From assembly GCF_001194135.2 (NCBI RefSeq), contig NC_068983.1, positions 99,211,079 to 99,275,078 of the forward strand: a stretch of DNA of 64,000 nucleotides. Direction: 5' to 3'. Of this stretch, positions 24,606 through 37,574 are shown piece after piece. The stretch comes from Octopus bimaculoides (taxonomy: Eukaryota). How positions within the stretch are numbered: the first letter of the stretch is position 1; each line of letters starts with the position of its first letter. Both the position numbers and the translations under genes were made by a program. The notes under the pieces are model-generated. The model ran no database searches, was not told the DNA's origin, and was given only the letters and a program-made list of their open reading frames with translations.

Positions 24606-25040
24606 TTAGTTAAATAATTGTAATATTAGTTTCAGGTTTGTTTGCTATCAGTCATTTATGCCCTAGTTCAATTCTTCTAGTTTTGACCTTAAACAGTTCA
24701 ATAGATTTTGCAAAGATCAATGAAGTTCTCTTGAACAACCATTTCGAGGTGCCTTTGTTTGTTGTTCCTGGAAAATCTAGAAAAAGAAAAGAAAGCTGAA
24801 GTCAGAGCCTTAGTGGTCACCAACAAATAATTATATTATATTCACATGGACTGAGAATTTCATAAAGCATGCTCTATATTTTGCAAGGCCTTTTATTTTT
24901 TGCCACTGATACTCACGCAAAGATCAGAAGACTCCTAGATATCAGGTAATCATATACCTCTTCAGTTTGTGTTTCCATGTCAGCACAAATCATCACCACC
25001 CAGCCAATTATAGTGACATTCTGAATGTGTGTGTGTATAT

Positions 25041-25072
<32 letters not shown>

Positions 25073-25683
25073 NNNNNNNNNNNNNNNNNNNNNNNNNNNN
25101 NNNNNNNNNNNNNNNNNNNNNNNNNNNNNNNNNNNNNNNNNNNNNNNNNNNNNNNNNNNNNNNNNNNNNNNNNNNNNNNNNNNNNNNNNNNNNNNNNNNN
25201 NNNNNNNNNNNNNNNNNNNNNNNNNNNNNNNNNNNNNNNNNNNNNNNNNNNNNNNNNNNNNNNNNNNNNNNNNNNNNNNNNNNNNNNNNNNNNNNNNNNN
25301 NNNNNNNNNNNNNNNNNNNNNNNNNNNNNNNNNNNNNNNNNNNNNNNNNNNNNNNNNNNNNNNNNNNNNNNNNNNNNNNNNNNNNNNNNNNNNNNNNNNN
25401 NNNNNNNNNNNNNNNNNNNNNNNNNNNNNNNNNNNNNNNNNNNNNNNNNNNNNNNNNNNNNNNNNNNNNNNNNNNNNNNNNNNNNNNNNNNNNNNNNNNN
25501 NNNNNNNNNNNNNNNNNNNNNNNNNNNNNNNNNNNNNNNNNNNNNNNNNNNNNNNNNNNNNNNNNNNNNNNNNNNNNNNNNNNNNNNNNNNNNNNNNNNA
25601 ACAACCTTGCCCGAACTTGTGCCTGGGAAGGTAACTTTCTAGGTGCAATCCCATGGTCAGTCATAACTGAAGGGGGTCTCAGC

Positions 25684-25725
<42 letters not shown>

Positions 25726-25844
25726 ACTTGTGCTAAATTATCTCAGCTTCGGATTGATGTAAAATTTTTAAGTTTGTGAGAAAAGAGGCAGATCTATGGC
25801 CTCTTGATATTTTGAAATAGTGCATGGGCAAATAAATAATGAAG

Positions 25845-26062
25845 TTGCCACGTAAAAAGCACTGGTGATGGTGCCACATAGAAAGCACCCTGTACACTTT
25901 GTGGAGTGATTTGGCATTAGGAAGGGCTTCAGCCATAGATACCAAACCAAAACAGACTATAGAATCCGGTGTGGTCCCTGGCCTTATCAGTTCCTGTCAA
26001 GCCATCCAACCCATGGTAGCATGCCAAATTGATGTTCAATGATGATGATGATGATAATGATG
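25845..26062 (+). mobile_element. SINE family 4 / RTE-type tail element
   Basis: CCACGTAAAAAGCAC..GGCATTAGGAAGGGC..CCAACCCATGGTAGCATG..(GAT)n. Confidence 0.8.
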
Positions 26063-26176
26063 TAAGAATAACTAATGGGGTACATCATGAGCTAATTAGT
26101 GTGAAAGGGATATAATTAGACATGTTTGGAGATTCAGTAGACATCACAAGAAGAATCAATTGAAGGTGCGTAATTA

Positions 26177-26712
26177 ATGATAATCTTAACTCCTAAAAAT
26201 GTAGAAGCTTTGAAACTGAACAATGATATTCTTACAATACTGTCTGGAAATATTACACCATTTAGAAGCGTTAGTAGCATTGAAAACAGAGACAAAGAAA
26301 TGACAGATTATCCAGTTGAGTTTTTAAATCCATTAACTTCATTAGCAATGCTATGACATGCCTTAAAAGTAAAGGTTGCTATGATTATTTTGATATTATG
26401 CAAATGTGACTGGAGAAGAAGATGGCTTCATGGATCAGGACTTTTGATAAAATCTCTTTGTGGTCTCTACTTTCACAGACAAATATTGACTGGTAGTAAG
26501 GAGTGTGAGAAGGTATTCATCTCAAAATTAAATTTAACACTCAGTGACACCTGTCCTATATTTACTTTAAAAGGTGTCAAATTTTTATTATCATGGCCAT
26601 TTACAATGACCATTAGCAAATTTCAAAGTCATTCATTTGCAGATGTTACAATGTATCTGCTTTCAATCTTTTTACATGGGTGAACTCAAGGTGACATTAA
26701 GTAGAACTAAAT
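26177..26712 (+). pseudogene. Helitron-type PIF1 helicase C-terminal fragment
   Basis: One frame with a single stop: IILTPKNVEALKLNNDIL..DYPVEFLNPL..ILTGSKECEKVFISKLNL..PFTMTISKFQSHSF..FLHG, then frameshift to ELKVTLSR. Matches the PIF1 ILTPKN, YP.EFLNSL, FAMTINKSQGQ and HGQLYVALSR motifs. Confidence 0.8.
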
Positions 26713-26811
26713 ATGAAAATTATTTGAAACTACATATAGAAAATATGTACAATTAAGGAAATCCGCTTGAGGATAAACATTTTTTTGTAAAATAACTTAA
26801 AAGAATTCTTT

Positions 26812-27012
26812 TATTCTTTTACTTGTTTCAGTCATTTGATTGCAGCCATGCTGGAGCACCATCTTTTAGTCGAGCAAATCGACCCCAGGACTTATTCTTT
26901 GTAAGCCTAGTGCTTATTCTATCGGTCTCTTTTTGCCGAACCGCTAAGTTATGGGGATGTAAACATACCAGCATCGGATGTCAAATGATGTTGGGGGGGA
27001 AAGACACACACA

Positions 27013-27061
<49 letters not shown>

Positions 27062-27132
27062 CGGGCTTCTTTCAGTTTCCATCTACCAAATCCACTCACA
27101 AGACTGGTCGGCCCGAGGCTATAGTAGAAGAC
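26812..27132 (-). mobile_element. SINE family 1 lacking its tRNA head
   Basis: Body 1, (CA)n linker and part of the head; ends abruptly at GGCTATAGTAGAAGAC. Confidence 0.85.
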
Positions 27133-27924
27133 CCATCCATCTGCATCTCATGACCATACCAGCACGATCTTCTCTCCTGCACACCACATCTAATGTCTCT
27201 TGTGCCCAATTTTTCTTTAAGTTGTACTTAGAGAAAAAACACATTTGCACTTTGTTGTACATGCACATTGACATTGCACATCCATCAGAGAGCATACTTG
27301 TTTCATTTCTTTCAAATCTTTGCATGTCCTCTGCATTCACAGGCCAAGTTTCACAGCCATTTAACATTTGTACACAGGCATCAAACAATCTGCCTTTCAT
27401 TCTGAGAGAGAGGCTTTTATTACCAAGACAAGTGGAAGTTCTCTGAACTTTCTCCAACCAATTCATATTCTAACAACTATACTTTTAGAGCATCCTCCTC
27501 CACTGCTAATTAGGTCACCCAGATGATAGAAACTATCTACTGCTAATTCCTCTTGGGCATTTCAGGACATCTATTTCCCCTTGTGCTCTTATTTATTGCT
27601 CCTACACATCTTCCACAAACAAATTATACTTTCTCTGTTGACCTGCCTTTCATTCCACTGCACCTCTTATGTGTCCATAGTTTGCACTGAGCACACCATA
27701 TGGAATTTCTACCTACACATTGTCTACCTATATAACAGGGTTATTTACCCGAATGGATTAATTTTCTATCTGTTCTTCTGCTAATTACAACTTTAGTCAT
27801 TGCTAAACTAAACTTAAGACCCTTTAATTCCAGGTTTTGTTTCCATACTTGGAATGGAATTTTAAATTTTTATTTCCACTACACTTTCAGCTATAAGTAC
27901 AAGGTCATCAGCATAGAGAAGTTT
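27133..27924 (-). mobile_element. RTE LINE RT/C-terminal fragment (decayed)
   Basis: LLYADDL encoded at 27901-27924; ORF 27119-27466 has SLRMKGRLFDACV..GCETWPVNAEDMQRFERNETSML, typical of RTE. Confidence 0.85.
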
Positions 27925-28603
27925 ATTATATATATATATATATAGTGATCAAACAAGTTATATCACTATTATCAAAAAAGCTTGTAGTTAGAACCAAAAA
28001 TATATATATTTATTATCAAATAAACTATATAGTTATCATAAAAGTTATATATTTATCAAAAAAGTTATATGTTTATCATTAGAATAGTTATGATTTAATT
28101 TAGTGATCATATTACTTATTCTACTGTTTAAAAAATTGACCTAGTTTAGTTTTGTTTATCAGCTTCAAGTTTCGAAAAGGACTTNNNNNNNNNNNNNNNN
28201 NNNNNNNNNNNNNNNNNNNNNNNNNNNNNNNNNNNNNNNNNNNNNNNNNNNNNNNNNNNNNNNNNNNNNNNNNNNNNNNNNNNNNNNNNNNNNNNNNNNN
28301 NNNNNNNNNNNNNNNNNNNNNNNNNNNNNNNNNNNNNNNNNNNNNNNNNNNNNNNNNNNNNNNNNNNNNNNNNNNNNNNNNNNNNNNNNNNNNNNNNNNN
28401 NNNNNNNNNNNNNNNNNNNNNNNNNNNNNNNNNNNNNNNNNNNNNNNNNNNNNNNNNNNNNNNNNNNNNNNNNNNNNNNNNNNNNNNNNNNNNNNNNNNN
28501 NNNNNNNNNNNNNNNNNNNNNNNNNNNNNNNNNNNNNNNNNNNNNNNNNNNNNNNNNNNNNNNNNNNNNNNNNNNNNNNNNNNNNNNNNNNNNNNNNNNN
28601 NNN

Positions 28604-28651
<48 letters not shown>

Positions 28652-29296
28652 TTATATATATATATATATAGTGATCAAACAAGTTATATCACTATTATCA
28701 AAAAAGCTTGTAGTTAGAACCAAAAATATATATATTTATTATCAAATAAACTATATAGTTATCATAAAAGTTATATATTTATCAAAAAAGTTATATGTTT
28801 ATCATTAGAATAGTTATGATTTAATTTAGTGATCATATTACTTATTCTACTGTTTAAAAAATTGACCTAGTTTAGTTTTGTTTATCAGCTTCAAGTTTCG
28901 AAAAGGACTTCGAAATAATGGCAGTTTATATTTACAAATGGCATAAATTTATTTTATTTATTTATTTATTTAAGATATTTTCATTTCTGTTTAGTATTGA
29001 TTTCAATACTTTGTTATTAGATCTTACTGAGTGAAATGACCATTCCTCAAAAATACAACTTCATAAGTGTTTTAGGAATTAACTTGTTCTAGATTTTATT
29101 TGTAACAGATTTAAATATTTATTTTCAATATTTCATTGTGAAAGGAGTGTAATAGTTGTTTAGCTTACTATAGTTTATTATGATTATTGTATAGATTTAT
29201 ACAAATTATGTTTATGAGATTGTAAAAGAGTCTAATTTAGTTCTCACATTCATTGTTTTTTTGTTTTTTATTTCCTTATTTTCTTTTCACTTATAG

Positions 29297-29314
29297 ATTG
29301 ATCTGAAACAAGAG
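29297..29314 (+). other. Candidate 18-nt micro-exon (IDLKQE)
   Basis: Long pyrimidine tract ttccttattttcttttcacttatag, donor GAG|gtattc; only phase 0 is open, compatible with the 21090 donor. Confidence 0.2.
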
Positions 29315-30261
29315 GTATTCATTTAATAATTATATGAAAAAAAAAAAAAAAAATTAGAGTAGGATTGAGAGCTGAATCAGAACAGTTGCTAAGTCTGTTA
29401 TCCATATGAACATCATAAATACATATTAGCAATTCTTATTGGCTTGAAACTGGCATTTATGAAAAATATGCAGCCTTAAACTTCTTTCAATTGATAAGCA
29501 AGAAGAAAACTGAAAAGTTTCCAAATAGGTCAAAATAGAAGGTGTGTTCTATTCAGGGGTGAATGTTAGTAAGTTTTAATTGGCTATTTACTTTGTTTGA
29601 TGGCTGTTAGCAAATTTTTCTCAATATTGGATGAAAGCCAGTCACGTTGCCAACACTGAGACTTTACAAAAATTACAAGATTAGCAAGAAATGAATGAAT
29701 TTGTAGGTGTTTTTACTTTATTTAGACTGGTATATACTGAATTACCATAAAGAATAATAAATTTAGAACAGCAATGAAAAAGTCGATAATTTTATTTCCA
29801 ATTTATGCATTTTTTGAATTCTCATAATGATGAAATAGATAATTAAGTGCTCCAATTCTGATATAGCACCAAAATTATGGTTAACTGTAGATATCAGCAG
29901 CATGAACCCATTTAATGCCAAGCCTTCCAAGACTGCCCTCATTTCTATGGTATAGACTTCCTGTTTTATAGTGATCTACATTAAAACTTAAAAAATTTTA
30001 TGCTTATATATGTAGCTTAATAAGGACAGTTATTTTACTATATTCTTCATTGCTTTTGAAATTAATTAAAAGAAAAACAATGTACTTCTGTAGAAATATG
30101 GTATCTAAAGTACACTACTGTTTTGTTGTGACATTCATTATTTTTCTATGTCAGGTTTATGAATCTAGAAATTATTGTTATTCTTTGCTGTTAAGCTCAA
30201 AGATTTTCTGTAAAATTTATTGTAACAAACCCTGTTATTTTATGTCTATGGAATATCATGA

Positions 30262-30460
30262 TCATCATCATTTAACATCCTGTTTCCATGCTGGCATGAG
30301 TTGTACAGTGTGACAGGATCCAGTAAGCTACAGGGCCATGTCAAGCTCCAGTGTCAGCTTTGGTAGGTTTCTATGGCTGGATGCCCTTCCTAATGCCAAC
30401 CACTTTACAAAGTATTCTGGGTGTGTTTTTTTTGTGCCACTAGCACTGATGAGGTTGCCA
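30262..30460 (-). mobile_element. SINE family 4 / RTE-type tail element
   Basis: (ATC)n TTTAACATCC..CATGCTGGCATG..GGATGCCCTTCCTAATGCCAACCAC. Confidence 0.75.
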
Positions 30461-30609
30461 AGTAATTTGCAAAACAAGAAAAGAACAGGAAGAAGGAAAA
30501 TGGCAAAAAAACTCCTTGACTAAGTGATATGTGTGTTTGTGTGTGGGGGGAGTATTTGAGAGGGTGCTGGGGGGAGGGCTGATTGTTCAAGTGTTGGACA
30601 AAATGTCTT

Positions 30610-30785
30610 ACAGTATTTCTCCCAACTCTTTACATTATGGGTTCAAATCCTGCTGAGATCAACTTAGCCTTTCATCCTTTTTGGGGTTGATAAAATTAAG
30701 TGCCAGTCAAGTACTTGATTTGACATAATTGACTATTCACCTTCCCACAAAATTTCAGGCCTCCTGTCTAAATTAGAAACAATTA
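30610..30785 (+). mobile_element. SINE family 2
   Basis: Aligns with 11520-11680. Confidence 0.7.
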
Positions 30786-33064
30786 TTTTACTCTATATAT
30801 TTATTTAGTAGGTTTAAAATTTTATAATTTCCATTATATGTTGTTAATGCAGTCATATTAATTTTATTAGAAGAATGTATTTGTACTTTTCTTTTTATAG
30901 TATTTTTCTTTTTAAAGTTTGTTATCAAAATTAATTGATAGTCTATGTGATTTAATTTTTTATTAGAGTTGCGTAAAGGACAGTTATAAGTAGATTGCAT
31001 TCATTCTAACCACAGATCACCTGTAAATGTGTTCATGTACTGTTTTGTTATTTTGATAAATAGAATCTAGAATTTAATTATTGGTTTAATATCTAATTAA
31101 TCAAATTTTTCTGTTGGAATTCACTATGCTTATCTGTTTATGCTGGTGTGTGTGTGTGTGTGAAAGAGAGAGAGCGAGAAAGAGAGAGCATGTAAACATT
31201 CTTAAAACCTTAAATTAGTTACAACCAGTTAATTCTATTGATAATGTGAACCATCTAACCACTTGACCTACTCTATGCAGTAGCAGAATCTCCCTCAACA
31301 AATTCTTCATCATTTAAATAGGGCCACAAGTTTTAACAGCATGTCTCAGCCTGAATACCGAACAGCCAGATCTTAAATGAGATAAGTTTTTACCATATGT
31401 GCCTGTTCAAGTGAATCTGACTGGAGCTAGCCTATCCTAAAAGTATATTGGGTTTTTTTTTAAGACAAGCATGAATATCTTGAAATACTTATTGAAAGAG
31501 ACACAGTCATTACTAGTGCCTTGCTGTATCTAATTGAGGCTCTTTATATTACTGTACCTTCAGTTGTTTTTAAGGTTGATGAAATAAAAAATGTCATTCA
31601 CATAACTACACTGCTCTCTTTCACTTAGTGAAATCTGTATTCATTTATGCATTTATTGATCTGTTAGTGATGTAATAATTCTTGCAGGAGTGATAAATCT
31701 ATGTAAGCATATGTTAAGCAAATTTAGATTAGGGTTTTGTGGTTTTGATTTTGATTAGCTTTTAAATTTTTGACTCTAAATTGCATGAATGAAAGTTGGG
31801 TAAACTAATTATTTTTTTTTGTGATTATAGATTAAAATGGAATATTTTATATTTATCAGTCATGCTGTTTCTGTGTTGATGTATCAATTGGTTATGAAAT
31901 AAAAAGATGTTTCTTTTTTCATTTAGACTGTCAATATTTAATAGTATATAACATTTTTAGTGTAATTTATTTAGTTCTAATATCTACTATAGCTTTAATA
32001 TTGAGATATCATTTAGTTATCAAATGACTTATTGGTATATCAAACAAATCTTTCAAAGAATAAGATGAAGAATTTAGGTTAAAATTTGGGCGTAACAAAG
32101 ATTAAGGCTTTCATTGGCTTTTTGTATTAAATTTCTTATAGTGGTTTAATTTACCAGTATTTGCCTTTGGTACAGTTCCATTCAAATGAGCAGGGACTTC
32201 TCTATTTGATAAATATGTATTTCAGAGTGATAAGCAAAAGTATAAACACATACTAATAGTTTCAAAAACTTTGTTTCAGTATTATATTTTCATATATATA
32301 TATTTGTTCTTAATACATCTAACATTTCTAGGCACAAATATCTTTTATCTGTTTCAGTCATTAGACAGAAGTGCTGTCACACTAGAAAGAAGACAGAACT
32401 TTCAAAATTGCAGTTATTGATTTTTATTCTTTTCTCAAAGTTACTTAAACTGCATATAAAAAATTGTCAATAACTCAGACTTTACAGTGATACTAAGATA
32501 AAAATATCAACTATATAACAATAACCATGGTGTATTCTTATATTTTAGTATCACCAAAAGCGTCCAGATTAATTTTGAATATTGTTATATATAATATATA
32601 ACCATAGAAATTTTGAATGTTTTGTGCAAAGATCAAGTGAATAGAGACGTTCTGATTAATTGTCAATATCTGCTTGTACACAAAACTTTGTATAGAAGTA
32701 TTTGATAGATCCAGTGCAACATCCTTTGTAATTTTGGGTCATTTTTGGTTATAAAAAATATCATAGTATAATATTAGTTAAGATATAATGTGTAGCTACA
32801 GTTAGCTGTGTAGAGAAAGTTTTTGAAAATGATACTTTGACTCTGTCAAGAATGTCACTGCATGTCCTGAAACTGAGGCTGATGAAGGCTGGCATGATTA
32901 TTATAACATTATGCAACCTTATTTGTGTGTGTGTGTGTGTGTGTGTGCATGAATATTATTTTGTGAGATGCAAGTGTTTGTTTGTGTGTATTATTTAAAA
33001 CAGGTTGATTTTGCTCTATGTGACAACCATTTACAACTGTCATGTGCTGTCAAAACAAGAAGAC

Positions 33065-33230
33065 ACACACACACACAGTAGGATTCTTTCTGTTTCCATC
33101 AACCAAATCCATTCACAAGCCTTTGATCACTATGGAGCTATAGTTGAAGACCCTTACCCATGTGCCATGCAATGGGACTGAACCCAAAACCATATGGTGG
33201 GAAGCAAACTACATACTATACTGCCATGCA
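33065..33230 (-). mobile_element. SINE family 1 head
   Basis: CCAAATCCATTCACAAGCCTTTG..GAACCCAAAACCATATGGTGGGAAGCAA. Confidence 0.7.
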
Positions 33231-33724
33231 ACCAACATAATATTGTTGTTTGGACATCAATGTTAAAACAAGCTCTGTTGTGAAATCAGCAACAGACTTG
33301 ACATCAGTGTTAAAAGGGAAAGAAGATACCTATGGACCATTGATTGGCAGTTTGCAAATTAAATACCCAAAATCTCACTTTCAACTTTATATCCTTATTA
33401 TTGAAGCAATGTGTTGCATACTACACCAGCTGGAGTAAAGTACAAGTGAACTTGCATTCTTATAGAAAGAACACTGGTCCAATATCCATGTGCCGCAGAT
33501 GATCATGATATTTGGAACAATAAAACTCTGCTAGGCCTTCTTAAAATATTATGGGTAAATAGCTGCACAATGAATAAAAAAGAGAACAAGACTTTTTCCT
33601 TTAATATTTTATCACTGAGTAGATAGCCTTTGAAAATAAACTAAAACTCCAATCAGAAGGAGAAACCTACAAAATACATATACATACACATATGTCCGAG
33701 ATTGCCCCCCCCCCCACACAGACA

Positions 33725-33855
33725 CGGTGGTTGGTGTTAGGAAGGGCATCCAGCCAAAACAGTAAGTGAAGCCTGGTACAGTCTTCTGGCTTGCGAACTC
33801 TTGTCAAACCATTGAACCCATGCCAGCATGCAGAACAGACGTTAAATGATGATAC
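33725..33855 (+). mobile_element. SINE family 4 3' part
   Basis: GGTTGGTGTTAGGAAGGGCATCCAGCC..CCCATGCCAGCATG..GACGTTAAATGATGAT. Confidence 0.75.
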
Positions 33856-34106
33856 ACATATAAATAGAGAAAAATGTTCATCATTGTGCACTACACATGA
33901 ATGTGTGTGTCTGTGTGTGTGTGTTCAGGCATACTCACACCAACATGTACACTCATAAGCACTTTCCCTATACACACTCAGCATGTACATACACACAATT
34001 CACACACTCTTTTTCTTCAAGTAAGCACAAATGAAATGTATCTCACAATGCTGCACCAAGTGCCTCAGTACCCATTACCTTGAGGAATATATAGTTACAC
34101 AGTACA

Positions 34107-34380
34107 CTGGGTAATGTCAATGTGCATGCAGGACAGAGTATAAATGATTTAAGAGGAAAACTGGGTATAAGAAGCATCAGATGTGAGCAAGAGAGAAGAC
34201 TGCGCTGGTTTGGTCATGTGAGGCATATGGATGAGGTACCTGTGGAAGGGGTAGATCCAGGAAGACATGGGATAAAGTGAAAAGAAAAGATCTTTGGATG
34301 CTAGGCCTCAGTGAGGAAATGAGAAGGGACCAAGAGCTGTGGAGATTTGCTGTACTTGATAAGATACATCATGCTAAGTA
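34107..34380 (+). mobile_element. RTE LINE 3' end fragment
   Basis: NVNVHAGQSINDLRGKLGIRSIRC/QERRLRWFGHVRHMDE; RLRWFGHV is a hallmark RTE motif. Confidence 0.8.
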
Positions 34381-34394
34381 AATGAATGACACTG

Positions 34395-34592
34395 CTGGTA
34401 TGCCGGCAGTGTCATTCATTTCCAATATACTGCAAGAGCATGTCTGGCCATGGGGAAATATTATCTTACTTCGAAATATTACTGTACTTGGAAGGGCATC
34501 CAACCTTAGAAAATTTGCTTCAGTAAACTCTGTCTGATCCATGGAAGCAATAAAAAGTAGACGTTAAAATGCTCCTGCTGCTGATGCTGATG
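34395..34592 (+). mobile_element. SINE body 2
   Basis: GTGTCATTCATTTCCAATATACTGCAAGAGCATGTCTGGCCATGGGGAAATATT. Confidence 0.7.
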
Positions 34593-35121
34593 ATTTTATT
34601 CCACTAGTAATTCATCTGTATTTGTTATGTTGTTCTTGTTACTATAACATGCTTCATGGGAAGATAGTAACCTAGAGGACATTCTTTCACATTTGATAGT
34701 AATGGAACTAATGTCTTCAATTTTAATTTTGCATATTTGACATTTGCTGTCAGCTGGTGATGAGTTTTGTCATTTATGTAGTAGGCATTTGGTGGCGGGT
34801 TTCTTCTTCCTGAGTTGTGTGGTAGTAACTCTCAAAGTGAGATTTCATACATTTAATCGATACTCCATGTCAGGTGTTATGGCGTGTTTTATTCCCCCTA
34901 TTGTCTGAGCTGTTCATTTTTAAGTAACCATGTTGCAATCTTCCATGTGAACAGGCCTGGGTATGTAAGTATGTACAATACTGGACCAACTATTTGGTAA
35001 GCTTGGGACCAGAAATGTTTGGGTTTCTGGATTTTTTGGTTTTCCTGCAGACAGTCTAAATATATATTTAAAAATATAAAATAAGCTATGTGTGTGCATG
35101 AATATTGTATTTAACATTCAT

Positions 35122-36027
35122 TTATTCTTTTACTTGTTTCAGTCATTTGACTGCAGTCATGTTGGAGCACCACCTTAAAGGGTTTCAGTCAAAGAAATTG
35201 ACCCCAGGATTTATTCTTTGTAAAGCCTAGTGCTTATTCTATCGGTATCTTTTGCTAAACCACTAAGTTACAGGGACATAAACACACCACCAAATAATGG
35301 CAGAGAGTCAAACACACACATACACACACACACAATATCTACATATGTATATCGTTTGTAGAAATACATAAATCCGGAGGAGAAGCACACTCTAAGATGT
35401 AGAGAAGTTAATATTATAGTGGGATTGGCCAGTTTAGGAGGTTACCCTGGGTTTCTCGCTCATAAGGAGTTTAGCCTTACAGCATATTTTCAGACCTCAA
35501 CGCTGCTGGCCTGAGACCTCTTTAAAATATCTAAAAATATTTTAAAGAGGTCTCAGGCCAGCAGTGTTTGGGGTCTGAACATATGCCATAAGGCTAAACC
35601 CCTTATGAGCAAGAAACCCAGGGTAACCCCATAAACTGGCCTACCCCACTATAATATGCATACATACATATATACATACATACATACATAGTGCTGTTTA
35701 TCTTGATATGAGATCACCATGTCGCGCACATATGGTTGTGATGCATGTGCCTGGTGTACCCTTATCAGACGGGTAGTCATGATGGGTATAATGGGCTTCG
35801 TATATTTTACCCCAGTGTCACTTTGATGGCATGCACCATTCTCTCACTCAATAATTTATGTATATATATATATACATACAATGGGCTTCTTTCAGTTTCC
35901 ATCTACCAAATCCACTCACAAGGCTTTGGTTGACTTGAGGCTATAGTAGAAGACACTTGCCCAAGGTGCCACATAGTGGGACTTAACCCAGAACCTTGTG
36001 GTTGTGGAGCAAGCTTCTTACCACACC
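35122..36027 (-). mobile_element. SINE family 1 split at its microsatellite linker (body 35122-35335; head 35878-36027)
   Basis: Both halves are in the same orientation and correct order around an inserted hairpin and other sequence. Confidence 0.75.
35411..35657. repeat. Near-perfect palindrome / fold-back element (~120-bp arms, 6-nt loop)
   Basis: 35411-35530 is the reverse complement of 35537-35657 with about 11 substitutions and one indel. Confidence 0.95.
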
Positions 36028-36210
36028 AAATTAATACTGTTCTAAAGTAGTGTATCAGTCTGTTTACTCAATACAGGGTATAATATATTGCACACTATTC
36101 TTGGATTTCTGAAAATTTCAGATTCCAGGAAGCTGAATAATAGGTCCAGTGCTGTATGTGGGTTTATGTGTATGTGCATATGTGTGTGTGTGTGGGAGAT
36201 ACACAATGTT

Positions 36211-36254
<44 letters not shown>

Positions 36255-36517
36255 NNNNNNNNNNNNNNNNNNNNNNNNNNNNNNNNNNNNNNNNNNNNNN
36301 NNNNNNNNNNNNNNNNNNNNNNNNNNNNNNNNNNNNNNNNNNNNNNNNNNNNNTAAGCAAATGATGACTAATTATATGAAACAAGGAAGTTATTACCCCA
36401 AAATTAAATTCAACATGCATTGACTTCATTCTTTTTTCTATTTAAGCATGCATCAATTTTCTGTTATTCTAGCATTTGCAAGACTATTTACAAATCACAT
36501 GTATTTTCACTTTGTTG

Positions 36518-36729
36518 CCAGTACCGCCTGACTGGCCTTCGTGCGGGTGACACGTAAAAGCACTCACTACACTCTCTGAGTGGTTGGCGTTAGGAAGGGC
36601 ATCCAGCTGTGGAAACTCTGCCAAATCAGATTGGAGCCTGGTGTAGCCATCCGGTTTCACCAGTCCTCAGTCAAATCGTCCAACCCATGCTAGCATGGAA
36701 AGCGGACGTTAAACGATGATGATGATGAT
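36518..36729 (+). mobile_element. SINE family 4 / RTE-type tail element, well preserved
   Basis: CpG-retaining copy ending CCAACCCATGCTAGCATGGAAAGCGGACGTTAAAC(GAT)n. Confidence 0.85.
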
Positions 36730-36832
36730 AATCATTTTCCATGTGATTGATGGGACAGGTTATTAAATGAAATATAGTGACCCAAGTTGAACAGCTATTA
36801 ATTTAGAAGTTTTATTTTAGAGCATTGGTTAT

Positions 36833-37331
36833 CAGCTGTTTTTCATCTATGGACCCCCTTGATTACTATTTCATTCTGGTGACCCCCAGNNNNNNNNNNC
36901 CATTTTTTACTTATGAACCCCTTTGATTATTATCTTATTCTGGTGGGCTCCATAGACATTCGATGCTTAAAAACTAGTTTTATAGAAACTTCTTTCAAAA
37001 TTCCTGTTTTGTTTTTCACACATCAACTTGGGGTAGGTTGAACTATGTAAAATGTTAGAGAAAGAAACCTAGCTATTTCTCCCAATACATATCAATACAT
37101 ACATCTAAAGCAGGGGTTCTCAACCATTTTTTACTTATGAACCCCTTTGATTATTATCTTATTCTGGTGGGCTCCATAGACATTCGATGCTTAAAAACTA
37201 GTTTTATAGAAACTTCTTTCAAAATTCCTGTTTTGCTTTTCACACATTAACTTGTATAGGTTGAACTATGTAGAATATCAGAGAAAGAAACTTAGATGTG
37301 TCTTGTAATAAATAGCAATACATCTAAAGCA
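36833..37331. repeat. ~220-bp tandem array derived from a hAT-like MITE
   Basis: CCATTTTTTACTTATGAACCCC at 36900 and 37124; TACATCTAAAGCA at 37100 and 37319; CAGGGGTTCTCAACC terminus near 37111. Confidence 0.75.
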
Positions 37332-37574
37332 AAACTTTTTCAGGGGACCATAAAATGCTATTGTGGATCCCCAATTTACTATTTTGTTGCGTGGACCCCA
37401 AGAATCTTATATGGATCCTCAGGGGCCATATTTACCCCTGTTTTAGAGGTATTATCAAAGTATTCAGAGAAAATTTTACATATTTTCTATCTCTGAATAT
37501 TTTCATGCTTGGTATTTTTAAGGAAAAGTGTTGTTTCTGGGTAAAAACAAATTTACTCATTTCAAACTGGACAG

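Noticed and set aside
24967-25722. Long ORFs of 200-250 aa (also 28121-28808, 36088-36429, 54785-55453)
   Set aside because: They run through N gaps and (TA)n/(CA)n tracts; artefacts of translating X.
27927-28910. Identical ~257-bp duplication (27927-28184 and 28654-28910)
   Set aside because: The copies appear identical and flank a 419-N gap; typical unmerged contig overlap or haplotype artefact.
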